64,000 nt of DNA from assembly GCA_033762115.1 (NCBI GenBank), contig JANRLX010000111.1, positions 1 to 64,000 on the forward strand, given 5' to 3'. Each line of letters starts with the position of its first letter. Position 1 is the first letter of the stretch. Positions 12,979 through 23,283 of the stretch are shown here, piece by piece. The notes below the pieces were generated by a model. It made no database searches. It was not told the origin of the DNA and worked only from the letters and a program-made list of their open reading frames with translations. The stretch is from Verrucomicrobiota bacterium (GTDB lineage Bacteria; Verrucomicrobiota; Verrucomicrobiia; Limisphaerales; SXQI01). The position numbers and the translations under genes are program-made.

Positions 12979-14088
12979 TTAATGAAAAGCGCCAGTGGCG
13001 GGTTGATTCATCAAGGTCACCGCCTGGATTGCCGCTTCAATGGAGATTGAATTCATGCAGCGAAAATCGATTGGGCATTCTTTCCGGAAGCAGGGGGCGC
13101 AGGGAACCTCAGCAAACAAGCAGGCATGATCGGTTGTACCCGGCAGGCCGGGACCTGTCAGATCATGCGATGTGCTGCCGAAAGGCACGACCACCCGGGT
13201 TCCAAGTGCAGAAGCCAGATGCATCGGGCCGGTATCATTAGTCAGCAATACCGAGCAGGAGGAAAGGACCGCGCAAAGTTCGCGCAATGATGTCTTTCCC
13301 GCGAGATTCAGCACATTGATTCCATGCTGCTTCAACTCCGCTTCAATCTGCCCGGCAAGCTCGATGTCAGCGGATGATCCAGTGAGGAGAAAGGATGCGG
13401 GCAGGCGTTTTGACAGACCAAGGGCTGTTGCGATGAACCGTTCCTTCGGCCAACGTTTTGCCGGACCATACTCGGCTCCCGGATTGAGTCCGATCCAGGG
13501 CCCCTGCGCCACACCAAATTTTTCACAGGCCGCTGTTTTTTCGCTGGCTGACAGGTGCAATCGCGGTGCGATCAGTGCAGGATTGGCTCCAAGTGCCGAG
13601 GCCAGATGCAGATACTCATGCAGTTGATGAGCGGCGGTTGAAAACCGTTCCCGCCCGGAAGATCCTTTGATTCGCTGCCGGATTTCTTCGTCTGAACGTT
13701 TGTGCATGAGAACCCGACCAGAGCGTTCTTCAACCGGATCGGTGACAAGCAATTTCCGCAATTGCCGCGCGTAACCCACCCTGCGCGGCACACCTGCCAG
13801 AAAAAGTTCTGCCGCCGAGCGGAAGGAATTCGGAAGCAACAATCCCACCTCGGCATGGACCTCATTTAACCGGCGCGAGCGTGTGAACAAGCCTTCATGG
13901 GAGGAGAGCGAAAGGATGTGATTGACCGCTGGGTGAGCCAGGAACAACGGAGCAAGCTTTTCCAGCGTTGCAAGAGTGATCTCCGCATTTGGAAACGCCT
14001 CACGCAGCCGCAACAATGCCGGTGTGCTCATGACAGCGTCACCGAGCCAGTTGACCCCTCGAACCAAAATTCGTTTGGGTGGTGGCAT
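12979..14088 (-). CDS. waaF: Lipopolysaccharide heptosyltransferase II (GT9)
   Basis: NWLGDAVMSTP, LPNSFRSA, PGAEYGPAKRWP, NDTGPMHLA, C..C...CP...CM. Confidence 0.88.
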   Translation of the reverse strand: MPPPKRILVRGVNWLGDAVMSTPALLRLREAFPNAEITLATLEKLAPLFLAHPAVNHILSLSSHEGLFTRSRRLNEVHAEVGLLLPNSFRSAAELFLAGVPRRVGYARQLRKLLVTDPVEERSGRVLMHKRSDEEIRQRIKGSSGRERFSTAAHQLHEYLHLASALGANPALIAPRLHLSASEKTAACEKFGVAQGPWIGLNPGAEYGPAKRWPKERFIATALGLSKRLPASFLLTGSSADIELAGQIEAELKQHGINVLNLAGKTSLRELCAVLSSCSVLLTNDTGPMHLASALGTRVVVPFGSTSHDLTGPGLPGTTDHACLFAEVPCAPCFRKECPIDFRCMNSISIEAAIQAVTLMNQPATGAFH

Positions 14089-14102
14089 GTTGCGGAGGAG
14101 GC

Positions 14103-14134
14103 AAAAAGAAAGGGACAGGCGTCACCTGTCCCTT
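14103..14134 (-). terminator. Rho-independent terminator after Dabb gene
   Basis: 10-bp stem AAGGGACAGG/CCTGTCCCTT followed by TCTTTTT on the minus strand. Confidence 0.75.
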
Positions 14135-14152
14135 CGAAAAATGGATTTCAAA

Positions 14153-14551
14153 TTAATCCTGTGCCCAGAAATCAATCACGAACACATCGGCAAGAAGCGG
14201 TCCCACCAGGGCGCCGAATTCCTTATGCGCTGGATGCTCCAGGTAGATATCACGGTCCTTCTCGCTTTTGAAAGTCAGGATAAAGCCGTGGGTTGTGCCT
14301 TTATTATGCTTTTCAGGGCTGTTGTTCAGGCCCCATTCGAACGATTTGATCTCTTTGATTTTTTTTGTCAGACCGCGAAATTCATCTTCAACCTTTTTAA
14401 TATCTTCCGCAGAGGCGCTTTCCTTGAATTTGAATGCAACCACATGGCGAAGCGTGTCTTTTTTCATCATTTTTTTTGAGTCCGCTGCGTTGACGGACAG
14501 GAGCAGTCCAGTAAACAGGCCGGAGAGCAGCAAGGAAGTAATCAGTTTCAT
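14153..14551 (-). CDS. Dabb family (stress-responsive A/B barrel) protein, secreted
   Basis: LRHVVAFKFK, FEWGLNNSPE, THGFILTF, YLEHPAH, VFVIDFW; start MKLITS. Confidence 0.88.
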   Translation of the reverse strand: MKLITSLLLSGLFTGLLLSVNAADSKKMMKKDTLRHVVAFKFKESASAEDIKKVEDEFRGLTKKIKEIKSFEWGLNNSPEKHNKGTTHGFILTFKSEKDRDIYLEHPAHKEFGALVGPLLADVFVIDFWAQD

Positions 14552-14654
14552 TGAGTGGAGCGTAGGTAAATTTCCTGCTCGCGGCAATCCTGTAAGCAAA
14601 GCGACGGAAATGGGAGTGCTTGCAACTCTCCAATCCTGATTCCAGTATGAACTG

Positions 14655-15218
14655 ATGCTACTCTTTGTTCAGTCGGTGTTGATGGCTGTCATGCTCGTTT
14701 ATGGAGTGGGATGCCAGCAGACTTACAAGGAAGCTGTCACGGGCCCCACCCAGGTTCATGGCCCGCTGACAAGCAAGTCACGCATCTATGTTGCTCTGCC
14801 GAGCGATGCGATGGATAAAAAAGCCACGGTCCCTGGTTCCGGCACTTTGACAGCCAAGGCAATGGTCACTGCCCTGACCGCCCGCACCCGTGGAGTATTT
14901 ATTGGGAAAGCACCTGAACCGCTGGAGGATTCGTTGGCGGCGGCGCACGGTTTTCAATGTGATTATGCCATCATCACCACCCTCGTAAAATGGGAGGATC
15001 GTCCCACTGAATGGACCGGTGTTCGCGATAAATTGACCCTTCAGATCGATCTCTACGATGTTCGCACAGGTCAAAAAGTGGATTCCCGCCAAATTGAAGG
15101 AAAAAGTGCATGGATGAACGATGGAGATGATCGTCCTGAGCATCTTCTCAAAGGTCCCATTGATAATTACGTCGGTTCCCTCTTCCGTGTCCTGCATTCG
15201 CCCACGCTGCTGAACTAA
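14655..15218 (+). CDS. Hypothetical lipoprotein (DUF4823-like)
   Basis: Lipobox-like GVGC; WEDRPTEWTG..D motif. Confidence 0.65.
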   Translation: MLLFVQSVLMAVMLVYGVGCQQTYKEAVTGPTQVHGPLTSKSRIYVALPSDAMDKKATVPGSGTLTAKAMVTALTARTRGVFIGKAPEPLEDSLAAAHGFQCDYAIITTLVKWEDRPTEWTGVRDKLTLQIDLYDVRTGQKVDSRQIEGKSAWMNDGDDRPEHLLKGPIDNYVGSLFRVLHSPTLLN

Positions 15219-15454
15219 AGCCAATTCTTTACCGCTTTCCCTGAATCAATCTGTAGCGGGGAATCCGATTGTGAAACCGATTTGGCGGGCGGAAGGTTAA
15301 TTTATTGGAAATGCATTCACTGGGAATGTGGAGGTGGTACGCGTAATCAATCCCACCCACACAGCCACCTTCACATCCCGGATTTTCTGCCGATAAAAGG
15401 GGCAGGGGTTTGAGTGCCGGGTATGGGGTTGAAGGTTATTAAGAGGTCTGTTAT

Positions 15455-16252
15455 ATGTTGTCTGTGAGTGCTCCTGACCAAAGTATGGTCGCGCTGATGT
15501 TGATGCTCCTGCTTGGGTCAGTCATCCTCGTTGGAACATTCCTGGCAATACTCACCGCCCATTGGTTGCGCACGCGCAAATCATCTTTTCTTTTGGGCTC
15601 ATTCCCTTCCGCTGCCTACCCGCGTGAAACTTCGGAGCGGACCCTTTCAGAACTTTTTGAACGCCCCGTGCGGTGGCTGACCATTCGTCATCAGAATGTG
15701 GCAGCAGTCCAAAGGGCCCTCGGCTTGCATAAGGCCGCCCTTTGCGGCTGGACAGAAGCGATCGCGCATCTTGGTGACCGGCGTCTCTTTATTTCTCCTC
15801 CCATCAAAGGCTGGATCCTAGTGGTGGGGCAGTCGCTGCCTGATCCGGCTGACGATCCGGACCGCTGCTTTCATTTCATCACACGCCTAAGCCGTGAGCT
15901 GGGGCGTGTCCAATACTTCAGCTACAATCGCGCCGTGAATCACCATTGCTGGGTAAAAGCGGACGCAGGGGTGATCCATCGAGCTTACGCCTGGGCGGGG
16001 GAAACAGTCTGGAATCAGGGGGAACTCACTTCTGCTGAACGCAACCTGGGATTGAAATGTTACGATTATGGCGAAAGCCCCCTGGTATTTCCATTCACAG
16101 CTCGTGAATCACATTTCGCAAATGGAGATAAAGTGGTTCTGCTTGCCAGCCAATGGAGCATCGATCCGATGGGCATGGCGCATCTTCCACTCTTGTCACA
16201 TCCAGGGATTACGGGGGAAATCTCGGCCAAAAGCCGTGGATTTCCAGGGTAA
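15455..16252 (+). CDS. Membrane-anchored hypothetical protein
   Basis: 265-aa ORF with N-terminal hydrophobic helix; conserved-looking FISPPIKGWILVVG and H.W..A..G...RAYAW segments. Confidence 0.7.
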   Translation: MLSVSAPDQSMVALMLMLLLGSVILVGTFLAILTAHWLRTRKSSFLLGSFPSAAYPRETSERTLSELFERPVRWLTIRHQNVAAVQRALGLHKAALCGWTEAIAHLGDRRLFISPPIKGWILVVGQSLPDPADDPDRCFHFITRLSRELGRVQYFSYNRAVNHHCWVKADAGVIHRAYAWAGETVWNQGELTSAERNLGLKCYDYGESPLVFPFTARESHFANGDKVVLLASQWSIDPMGMAHLPLLSHPGITGEISAKSRGFPG

Positions 16253-16258
16253 AGGTTT

Positions 16259-16507
16259 ATGGTTAAGATATTTAACAAGGCAACGGGGGAAATGTTGGGG
16301 CGCATTACCGAGGAGCAGCTTCAATTTCTGATGAATAATCTCGAAGAGGAGTCGTTGCAGGATAATGATTATTACCTGACTGCGGAAACCATCGATTCTT
16401 TTGCCACCCAAAATGCTCCAGAACAACTGCTTAACATCCTTCGTTCAGCCATTGGCGGGAATGGTGATGGAGAGATCCGTTACGAACGGGATGAAATCAG
16501 TTCGTAG
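16259..16507 (+). CDS. Small acidic conserved hypothetical protein
   Basis: 82 aa, AAGG SD-like site upstream, LQFL..NLEEES..D.DYYL motif. Confidence 0.7.
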   Translation: MVKIFNKATGEMLGRITEEQLQFLMNNLEEESLQDNDYYLTAETIDSFATQNAPEQLLNILRSAIGGNGDGEIRYERDEISS

Positions 16508-16660
16508 GGGCGTTACCTGCTTTTAACATCATTTGTAAGTTGCTCGAAGTAAATACCTTAATAAGGTTGGCTTCAGGGAATTCAGCTATTTTTCACCACC
16601 AGGGCTTGACCTTTTAATGGAAATCGCCATCTTACGGGGCTCTTTTTGCGAGAGTCATTT

Positions 16661-18499
16661 ATGCAGCATATTCGTAATATCGCAATCATCGCTCACGTGG
16701 ATCACGGCAAGACCACGCTGGTTGATTGTTTGCTCAAACAGTCCGGCACATTCCGCAGCAATCAACAAACCGAGGAGCGGATGATGGACTCCATGGATTT
16801 GGAGCGTGAAAAGGGAATCACGATCCGCGCCAAAAACGCTGCCTTTAAGTACAAAGATTACCACGTTAACATTGTTGACACTCCTGGCCATGCCGATTTC
16901 GGCGGCGAAGTGGAACGGATCATGAACATGATCGACGGGGTGTTGCTCGTGGTGGATGCCGCTGAAGGTCCCCAGGCGCAAACCCGTTTCGTTCTCCGCA
17001 AAGCCCTCGAAGCCGGGGCCAAGCCAATCGTTGTCATTAACAAGATTGATCGGGACAACGCCGCGCCACATAAGGTCCTCGACCAGGTTTTTGAATTGTT
17101 CATGTCGCTCCACGCGACGGATGAGCAGTTGGATTTCCCTGTGGTTTATGCCAGCGCCAAGCAGGGTTATGCCAAGCTGGAATTGAACCAGGAAAGCAAC
17201 ACCATGGAGCCGCTGTTTGATGCCGTCATCAAGCACATCCCGCCTCCCCAGGTGAAAGAAGATGCCGAATTCAAACTGCTGGTTTCCAACCTTGATTATT
17301 CCGATTACCTGGGGCGAATTGCCTTTGGTAAAATCCTTGGGGGAAAAATTCGCCTTGGCGACCCGATCGCCTGTATTCATGGGGATGGAAGGCGTACCTC
17401 TTCCAAAGTCACCGCAATTTTCCATTTCCAGGGAATGGCCCGTATCCAGATTCAGGAAGCCAGTGCTGGGGATATCATCGGAGTGACCGGTTTTGAAGAT
17501 GTGTTCATCGGCGAAACGATTACCGATACGGTGGATCGTCAACCGCTGCCTTTTGTGCCGATTGACCCGCCTACGATCCAGATGGAATTTGCCGTCAACG
17601 ATGGCCCATTGGCTGGCCAGGAAGGGAAACTGGTCACCGCCCGCCATATCCGGGAGCGTTTGCTCAAGGAAACACGGACGAACGTTGCCCTCAGGGTGGC
17701 CGATACCGAAGCGCCCAATATTTTCGCCGTCAGTGGACGAGGCGAAATGCAAATCGCAATTCTCGTCGAGCAAATGCGCCGCGAAGGTTATGAAGTCCTC
17801 GTTTCACGTCCTGAAGTGATCTATCGCAAGGACAAGGAGGGCAGGCTGCTTGAACCGATTGAACGCCTTTATCTAGAAATTCCAAAGGACGCGATGGGTG
17901 ACGTGATGCAGAACCTCGCCAACCGCAAGGGTGAAATCCAGAACATGGAGCACCATGGCGATGAGGTGAGCATCGAAGCGTTGATTCCTACCCGCGGCTT
18001 GATTGGTTTTGAAACAGACCTCGTAAACCAAACTCGCGGTCTTGGCGTGATGAGCCATCTGTTCCACGAATATGGAGCGGACCGTGGTGAAATTGCTGCC
18101 CGCAAGAACGGGTCTCTCGTGAGCATGGATTCAGGCGAGGCCACAGCTTACGCCCTGAACATGGTGCAGGAACGGGGACGCCTCATGGTGGAGCCGGGTG
18201 ACAGTGTTTATGTGGGCATGATTGTTGGAGAAAACGCCCGTGAAAATGATATTCCGGTCAATCCATGCAAAGCCAAGAAACTGACCAACATGCGTTCCTC
18301 TGGTGATGGGAAGGGCATTCAACTGGATGCTCCCTTGAAGCTTTCACTCGAACGGGCGCTTGAGTACATCGGTCCTGACGAGTACGTCGAGGCCACGCCA
18401 AAAAGCCTGCGGTTACGGAAAAAAATCCTGGATGAAACCCAGCGCAAACGTTCTTCCCAGAACCGGATCATCAAAGTGGAAGAAACCGTGGTCGCATAA
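16661..18499 (+). CDS. typA: Translational GTPase TypA/BipA
   Basis: [52 protein letters not shown]. Confidence 0.97.
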   Translation: MQHIRNIAIIAHVDHGKTTLVDCLLKQSGTFRSNQQTEERMMDSMDLEREKGITIRAKNAAFKYKDYHVNIVDTPGHADFGGEVERIMNMIDGVLLVVDAAEGPQAQTRFVLRKALEAGAKPIVVINKIDRDNAAPHKVLDQVFELFMSLHATDEQLDFPVVYASAKQGYAKLELNQESNTMEPLFDAVIKHIPPPQVKEDAEFKLLVSNLDYSDYLGRIAFGKILGGKIRLGDPIACIHGDGRRTSSKVTAIFHFQGMARIQIQEASAGDIIGVTGFEDVFIGETITDTVDRQPLPFVPIDPPTIQMEFAVNDGPLAGQEGKLVTARHIRERLLKETRTNVALRVADTEAPNIFAVSGRGEMQIAILVEQMRREGYEVLVSRPEVIYRKDKEGRLLEPIERLYLEIPKDAMGDVMQNLANRKGEIQNMEHHGDEVSIEALIPTRGLIGFETDLVNQTRGLGVMSHLFHEYGADRGEIAARKNGSLVSMDSGEATAYALNMVQERGRLMVEPGDSVYVGMIVGENARENDIPVNPCKAKKLTNMRSSGDGKGIQLDAPLKLSLERALEYIGPDEYVEATPKSLRLRKKILDETQRKRSSQNRIIKVEETVVA

Positions 18500-18515
18500 G
18501 TTCAGATTCAATTTC

Positions 18516-18550
18516 AGCCCGGCATTTTAACGAATGCCGGGTTTTTTATT
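18516..18550 (+). terminator. Rho-independent terminator after typA
   Basis: Stem CCCGGCATT/AATGCCGGG followed by TTTTTTATT. Confidence 0.85.
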
Positions 18551-18628
18551 GTCCTGAGCCCGGTTGCATCAGTCCAGATCAGGACTCTCAAATATCTTGC
18601 CACCGGTTATGTCTGTATTTATGAGATA

Positions 18629-19231
18629 TTGTTCACTGTGAAAAGACGCTGGATCATTGTTCCCGTTCTGTTCAGCGTGGCGTTGATTCTCCTTTTCGGG
18701 CTAATCACGCGGCGGCATCGACAGGAACAGATGCGGGAACATCGTTTTGACCAGGCAATACTCCAGACAGCTCAGCGGTATAACATTGATCCTGCCCTGA
18801 TTAAAGCGGTGATCTGGCAGGAAAGTCGCTTTCGTCCTGAAGCCCGGGGTGCCGCAGGAGAAATCGGCCTCATGCAGGTGCGCGACCTGGCAGCGGAAGA
18901 ATGGGCTGAGGCGGAGGGGTTGGAAAATTTTTTTCATGAGCAAATCATGGATCCGGTAAAAAATATCCAGGCTGGCAGTTGGTATCTCGCGAAGGTGATG
19001 AAACGGTATACAGACACCGATAATCCGATTCCCTACGCCCTGGCGGATTATAATGCCGGTAGGACGCATGTGTTGAAATGGATCAAGGGAGAGGCGAAAA
19101 CAAATTCAGAGGCGTTCCTGAACCAGATTGCATTTCCCGGCACACGCAAGTATGCAGAAAATGTCATGAACCGGGTTCCGGAATATCAGCGACAGTTCAC
19201 ACTTGCGGCTCAATCCACCCCGGCGCGTTGA
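18629..19231 (+). CDS. Lytic transglycosylase (SLT domain), membrane-anchored
   Basis: AVIWQESRF, GLMQV, NIQAGSWYL, ADYNAG, TRKY. Confidence 0.9.
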   Translation: MFTVKRRWIIVPVLFSVALILLFGLITRRHRQEQMREHRFDQAILQTAQRYNIDPALIKAVIWQESRFRPEARGAAGEIGLMQVRDLAAEEWAEAEGLENFFHEQIMDPVKNIQAGSWYLAKVMKRYTDTDNPIPYALADYNAGRTHVLKWIKGEAKTNSEAFLNQIAFPGTRKYAENVMNRVPEYQRQFTLAAQSTPAR

Positions 19232-19239
19232 TCCGCTCA

Positions 19240-20175
19240 TTATTGCTGGTAGGCCTTCGGATTTTTCATCGTTTCGAAGAACTCAGCCTGCATCGCTTTC
19301 AGGTTGTTACCATCACGCGGGATTGTGATGGCCATTCCATCATAATCGACCGCTTTGGTTAAACAGTTCGGATTATAGAGCTGGAAAATCCAGGGCGCAT
19401 CACCCCACTGGTTGGCTTTGCCATGACCCTGGAAGGCATATTCCCGAAGAAAATCGCAGAGCGGATTTTTTGGAAGTTGGTTAAATGGCTCCGGGTCCCA
19501 TGAGCTGACCTGGTCCCAAAAATAGCCGCGGGCCCAGTTGGCAAAAACAAAATGTTTCATCGTGATGTCCCACGCCCAGCCATCGGAGCCGTTGTAACCG
19601 CGCCCATCAATTTGAAATACAATGATCCTGTTGGTAATGGATGGGTCGGTCAGGAATGCGCTCGCAACCGTCGTGCAGGAACCACCAACAAAAAGGAGTA
19701 GCGGTTTTTCAAAAGTTGCTTTGCGGGCTTCCGCCAGAATCAACTCGCTGCCGGCGGTTTTTTCGAATTTGGTATCTTCCAGTTTTCCGCTGGCAGGCTT
19801 TTCAATGGCAACTGTCGATCCGATTACCGCGTCCGGAATATTCCGCATCCCGCTGGCACGAGCGAGTTTCAGGAGGCGTTCCACTTCATCGGTCTGCTGC
19901 TTTAATGTGTGCGCATACTTTGTCTCCCAGCCAAAGGTGCAGCGGGTAACAATATTTCCCTTAAGCTTTGCCTCACCGAGGCTTGCCTTTGCCCAGATGT
20001 AGGCGGCGTCAGGCACATCAGTCCACCAGTCATTATCATAGATAATGGGACAATCTGGAGAGACTCTTGCCAGGCGCACACCGCCATCCTGAATTTTGTA
20101 TTCAGGTGGAACTGCCCAAAGTTGCGGGCACTGAACGCACGCTAAAATAAGTAAAATCAAGTGAATCAAACGCAT
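19240..20175 (-). CDS. Secreted hypothetical protein, nucleoside-hydrolase-like
   Basis: Signal peptide from MRLIHL; IIYDNDW..D..D Asp-rich N-terminal motif, GG..T.VASA. Confidence 0.55.
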   Translation of the reverse strand: MRLIHLILLILACVQCPQLWAVPPEYKIQDGGVRLARVSPDCPIIYDNDWWTDVPDAAYIWAKASLGEAKLKGNIVTRCTFGWETKYAHTLKQQTDEVERLLKLARASGMRNIPDAVIGSTVAIEKPASGKLEDTKFEKTAGSELILAEARKATFEKPLLLFVGGSCTTVASAFLTDPSITNRIIVFQIDGRGYNGSDGWAWDITMKHFVFANWARGYFWDQVSSWDPEPFNQLPKNPLCDFLREYAFQGHGKANQWGDAPWIFQLYNPNCLTKAVDYDGMAITIPRDGNNLKAMQAEFFETMKNPKAYQQ

Positions 20176-20179
20176 ATTC

Positions 20180-21193
20180 TTAATTTTCAACTGCAACGGA
20201 AGCCGATTGTTCTTCCTGCGCTGCCTTGAAGAGGATGGCAATATCATCCTCCAAACCTTTCTCATCTTTTTGATTGGGACCAACACTGTAAATCAAATAA
20301 ATCCTGCCGGTTCGTTGAAGCAGGAGTGCTTTTCCGGTGTACGGGTCCAGGGGAACACTCTTCATGTAATCGCCGGGCAATTGATCCAGAGATCGTAAAA
20401 TTTTCCTCTCTTTTAAATCGTAATGACGAACAGCGGACGCTGCTGCAACTACTTCAAGGCGAGCCGTGGCAAGCTCCCTTTTGGCTTTGGTCTTATCAAT
20501 TATTCTTTTTTGGGAAATGCCCAATAATCTTAAGACACCCTCCAGGAGTTTATTCGGTTTTGATTTCAGCCTGAAGTATTCCTCTCGTTTTATGACCTCA
20601 TCGAAATGAATCCTGCTGCTTTTCACAATCTCCAGTCCGGCTGCAAGCTCAGCAGATTCAGATAGTGAAAGTTTCTCCACCAGTTTCATGAGCGGTTCCA
20701 AAGCCATCGATTGAAGCGAGATCCCAACCAGAGCGGCAAGAATTGGGCCTTTTTCAGAAATCTGTCCTGCCTGAATCAATTGCAGGTAGGTTTGGGCGGC
20801 CTGGTTCCATTCCTTGTTCGCTTCCTCAAACTTGCCTTTGATACGATAGGCGTAGGCAATTTTTCTAAATTCAGACAAGCCAGAATTTGTCATTCCTGTA
20901 GGAGAATAAACGGATTCCGGCACTTCCCCTGGCAGGCGAACGGCCTCGGCGATTTGTTGAAATGCGAGCAGGTTATTCGTGACGAACTGCCCAAAATTAT
21001 TCGTCACCGTTGAAGGATTCTCGGTGAAGGAGTTGGCTGCCTTTACCAGCAAATCATAACTGTTCGGATTCGGAGCAGGCGGCAGCAGACTGCCTTCCGG
21101 TTCAGGTGTGGATGAGAGGTAGCCGAGGACCAGAATCAAGGCGATGATGACTCCGAGCGTGATCCATGTCCTCTTTTTTGGCTGCGAAAGCAT
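20180..21193 (-). CDS. Membrane-anchored hypothetical protein with GspG-like C-terminal motif
   Basis: N-terminal TM helix, helical core, PLDPYTG...IYSVGPNQKD. Confidence 0.65.
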   Translation of the reverse strand: MLSQPKKRTWITLGVIIALILVLGYLSSTPEPEGSLLPPAPNPNSYDLLVKAANSFTENPSTVTNNFGQFVTNNLLAFQQIAEAVRLPGEVPESVYSPTGMTNSGLSEFRKIAYAYRIKGKFEEANKEWNQAAQTYLQLIQAGQISEKGPILAALVGISLQSMALEPLMKLVEKLSLSESAELAAGLEIVKSSRIHFDEVIKREEYFRLKSKPNKLLEGVLRLLGISQKRIIDKTKAKRELATARLEVVAAASAVRHYDLKERKILRSLDQLPGDYMKSVPLDPYTGKALLLQRTGRIYLIYSVGPNQKDEKGLEDDIAILFKAAQEEQSASVAVEN

Positions 21194-21380
21194 GATTCAT
21201 TTTAAATAAGCATGCCTTCCCTGGCCAAGCTATTATGGGAGATGGTGTCGACTACTTTTCAGTTTGCTCTGGATTGGTGAAGACTCGGGATCAGGACAAT
21301 CAAGGTCAGGTAGAGAAGGGTGTAACCCAGGGTAATGCCAAATCCCGGAAGGACGCTGCGTTCCTTAAATCGGAGCATAT

Positions 21381-22205
21381 TTAAAGATTGGAAGCGTAGG
21401 CTTTCAATTTCCTGTACTCCGATAAAATCGAAATCAGAGCTGATACCAGAGCCCTTGTCTGCAGGAAAACAGGTGCTGCTTTCGGGGTAATCAGCTCGAT
21501 TTCGAAAGGTTTGGGCCGGATTTTGGGAGGACCACTTAAGGCGCCCTGATATTCAGCGCGAATAATTCCATTGCGGGATTGCAGTCCATCAATCAAACCA
21601 CTCTGCGCCAGCGGCAACAGTTCTCCGGCAGCTTTCAATGCAGGTTCGATCAGGTTCCGGGTCAATGTGGCCCCATGAACAAATCCGTGCATTCCATCTG
21701 ACGAATCGCTGGAATGAAGGGAGACCATTCCATGAAAGGCGTGGCTGCAAATTTCCCGTTCAAGGAGTTCCACTTCAGGCTCCACCGAGTTGTTCCAAAA
21801 CTCCCGGTTAAGATCTCTTCCCCGCCGTGAGCAACGAGTATTATCTTCATAACCAGTGGGGTTGCAGAGCGGATAAATGAACAGGCAAAAATCCTTCGCA
21901 ATGGCGGGCTCTGACTCGATCACCTGGATAAATTGTGCCAGCGCAGACGGTCCTTCCGGTTCATTGCCATGAATCCCTGCAAAAATCCCCAGGCGAATCG
22001 GATCGTCCCCCCCTTTTGGGCCGATGAAAATGTAACGAGGCAATCGATAGGATTGGCTATCGACCTCAAAACAGGGCAGAGGTTTTGATAAAAGGCTGTG
22101 CGAAGTGGTGGACAGCTTTTCCAGAGGCGCAAGAAAATCCTCTATGGATCGTCGGCTCGCACTCACGCGCGTTGCTCCTGTAGGCTGGTGGATTGAGAAG
22201 CTCAT
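21381..22205 (-). CDS. M14-family metallo-hydrolase (succinylglutamate desuccinylase/aspartoacylase-like)
   Basis: GIHGNE zinc motif, NPTG, DLNREF, SLH; start placed at MSFSIH because the upstream ATGs lie inside a hairpin. Confidence 0.8.
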   Translation of the reverse strand: MSFSIHQPTGATRVSASRRSIEDFLAPLEKLSTTSHSLLSKPLPCFEVDSQSYRLPRYIFIGPKGGDDPIRLGIFAGIHGNEPEGPSALAQFIQVIESEPAIAKDFCLFIYPLCNPTGYEDNTRCSRRGRDLNREFWNNSVEPEVELLEREICSHAFHGMVSLHSSDSSDGMHGFVHGATLTRNLIEPALKAAGELLPLAQSGLIDGLQSRNGIIRAEYQGALSGPPKIRPKPFEIELITPKAAPVFLQTRALVSALISILSEYRKLKAYASNL

Positions 22206-22214
22206 GCAATGTGG

Positions 22215-22248
22215 CATGATGCGGCCCTGCTGCCAGGGCCGCATCATG
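22215..22248 (-). other. Perfect 15-bp intergenic stem-loop downstream of sbp
   Basis: CATGATGCGGCCCTG-ctgc-CAGGGCCGCATCATG, no U-tract. Confidence 0.75.
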
Positions 22249-22256
22249 ACTCGGAT

Positions 22257-23264
22257 TTAAGGTTTATAGATTTGGTCAAATGTGCCGCCGTCATCGAAAT
22301 GCTCTTTTTGGGCCTTTCTCCAGCCGCCAAAAAGTTCATCGATCGTGAAGAGGTTCACCTTGGGAAACGCATTGGCGTATTTGGCCGCGGCGGATGGAGC
22401 GTTGGGGCGATAATGATGTTTCCCAATGATTTCCTGCCCTTCATCTGAATACAGGTATTGCAGATACGCCTGGGCCACTTCAAGGGTCCCTTTCTTTTTT
22501 GCATTCTTGTCCACAATCGCAACTGGCGGTTCAGCCAGGATACTGACAGAAGGCACAACGATCTCGAATTGTCCTTTGCCCAACTCCTTTTGAGCGAGGA
22601 ATGCTTCATTTTCCCAGGAGATGAACACGTCGCCAATGCCGCGTTGCACAAAAGTGGTCGTTGAACCACGCGCCCCGGAATCAAGCACGGGAACGTTTTT
22701 ATAAATCTGCGCTACAAAATCCTTGGCTTTGGCCTGGTCATTGCCATGTTTTTTTAGGGCATATCCCCAGGCGGCAAGGTAATTCCACCGCGCCCCGCCA
22801 GATGTTTTCGGGTTTGGTGTCACCACGGAAATCCCGGGCTTGGCAAGGTCATCCCAATCCTTCACCCCCTTTGGATTTCCTTTCCGAACAAGGAAAACGA
22901 TGGTGGAGGTATAGGGCGCACTGTTATTGGGGAAACGTTTCTGCCAGTCTGCTGGAAACAGCCTGGCCTTGTCGGCAATTGCGTCGATATCATATGCCAG
23001 CGCAAGCGTGACCACGTCCGCGGAAAGGCCATCAATGACAGCCCGGGCCTGTTTGCCCGAGCCGCCGTGTGACTGCTGGATCGTTACGGTATCGCCGCTT
23101 TTGGCTTTCCAATGCTGCGCGAAAGCAGCATTCAACTCCTGGTAAAGTTCCCGGGTGGGATCATAGGAAACGTTCAACAGGGTGATATTTTTTGCAGCGC
23201 TGTCTGTGACCAGCGCAGCCGCAACGGCAACAACAGTCAGTAAGGTTTTAATTTTAATGTTCAT
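22257..23264 (-). CDS. sbp: Sulfate ABC transporter substrate-binding protein
   Basis: [43 protein letters not shown]. Confidence 0.95.
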   Translation of the reverse strand: MNIKIKTLLTVVAVAAALVTDSAAKNITLLNVSYDPTRELYQELNAAFAQHWKAKSGDTVTIQQSHGGSGKQARAVIDGLSADVVTLALAYDIDAIADKARLFPADWQKRFPNNSAPYTSTIVFLVRKGNPKGVKDWDDLAKPGISVVTPNPKTSGGARWNYLAAWGYALKKHGNDQAKAKDFVAQIYKNVPVLDSGARGSTTTFVQRGIGDVFISWENEAFLAQKELGKGQFEIVVPSVSILAEPPVAIVDKNAKKKGTLEVAQAYLQYLYSDEGQEIIGKHHYRPNAPSAAAKYANAFPKVNLFTIDELFGGWRKAQKEHFDDGGTFDQIYKP

Positions 23265-23283
23265 ATATAGTGTAGTGAATAGG

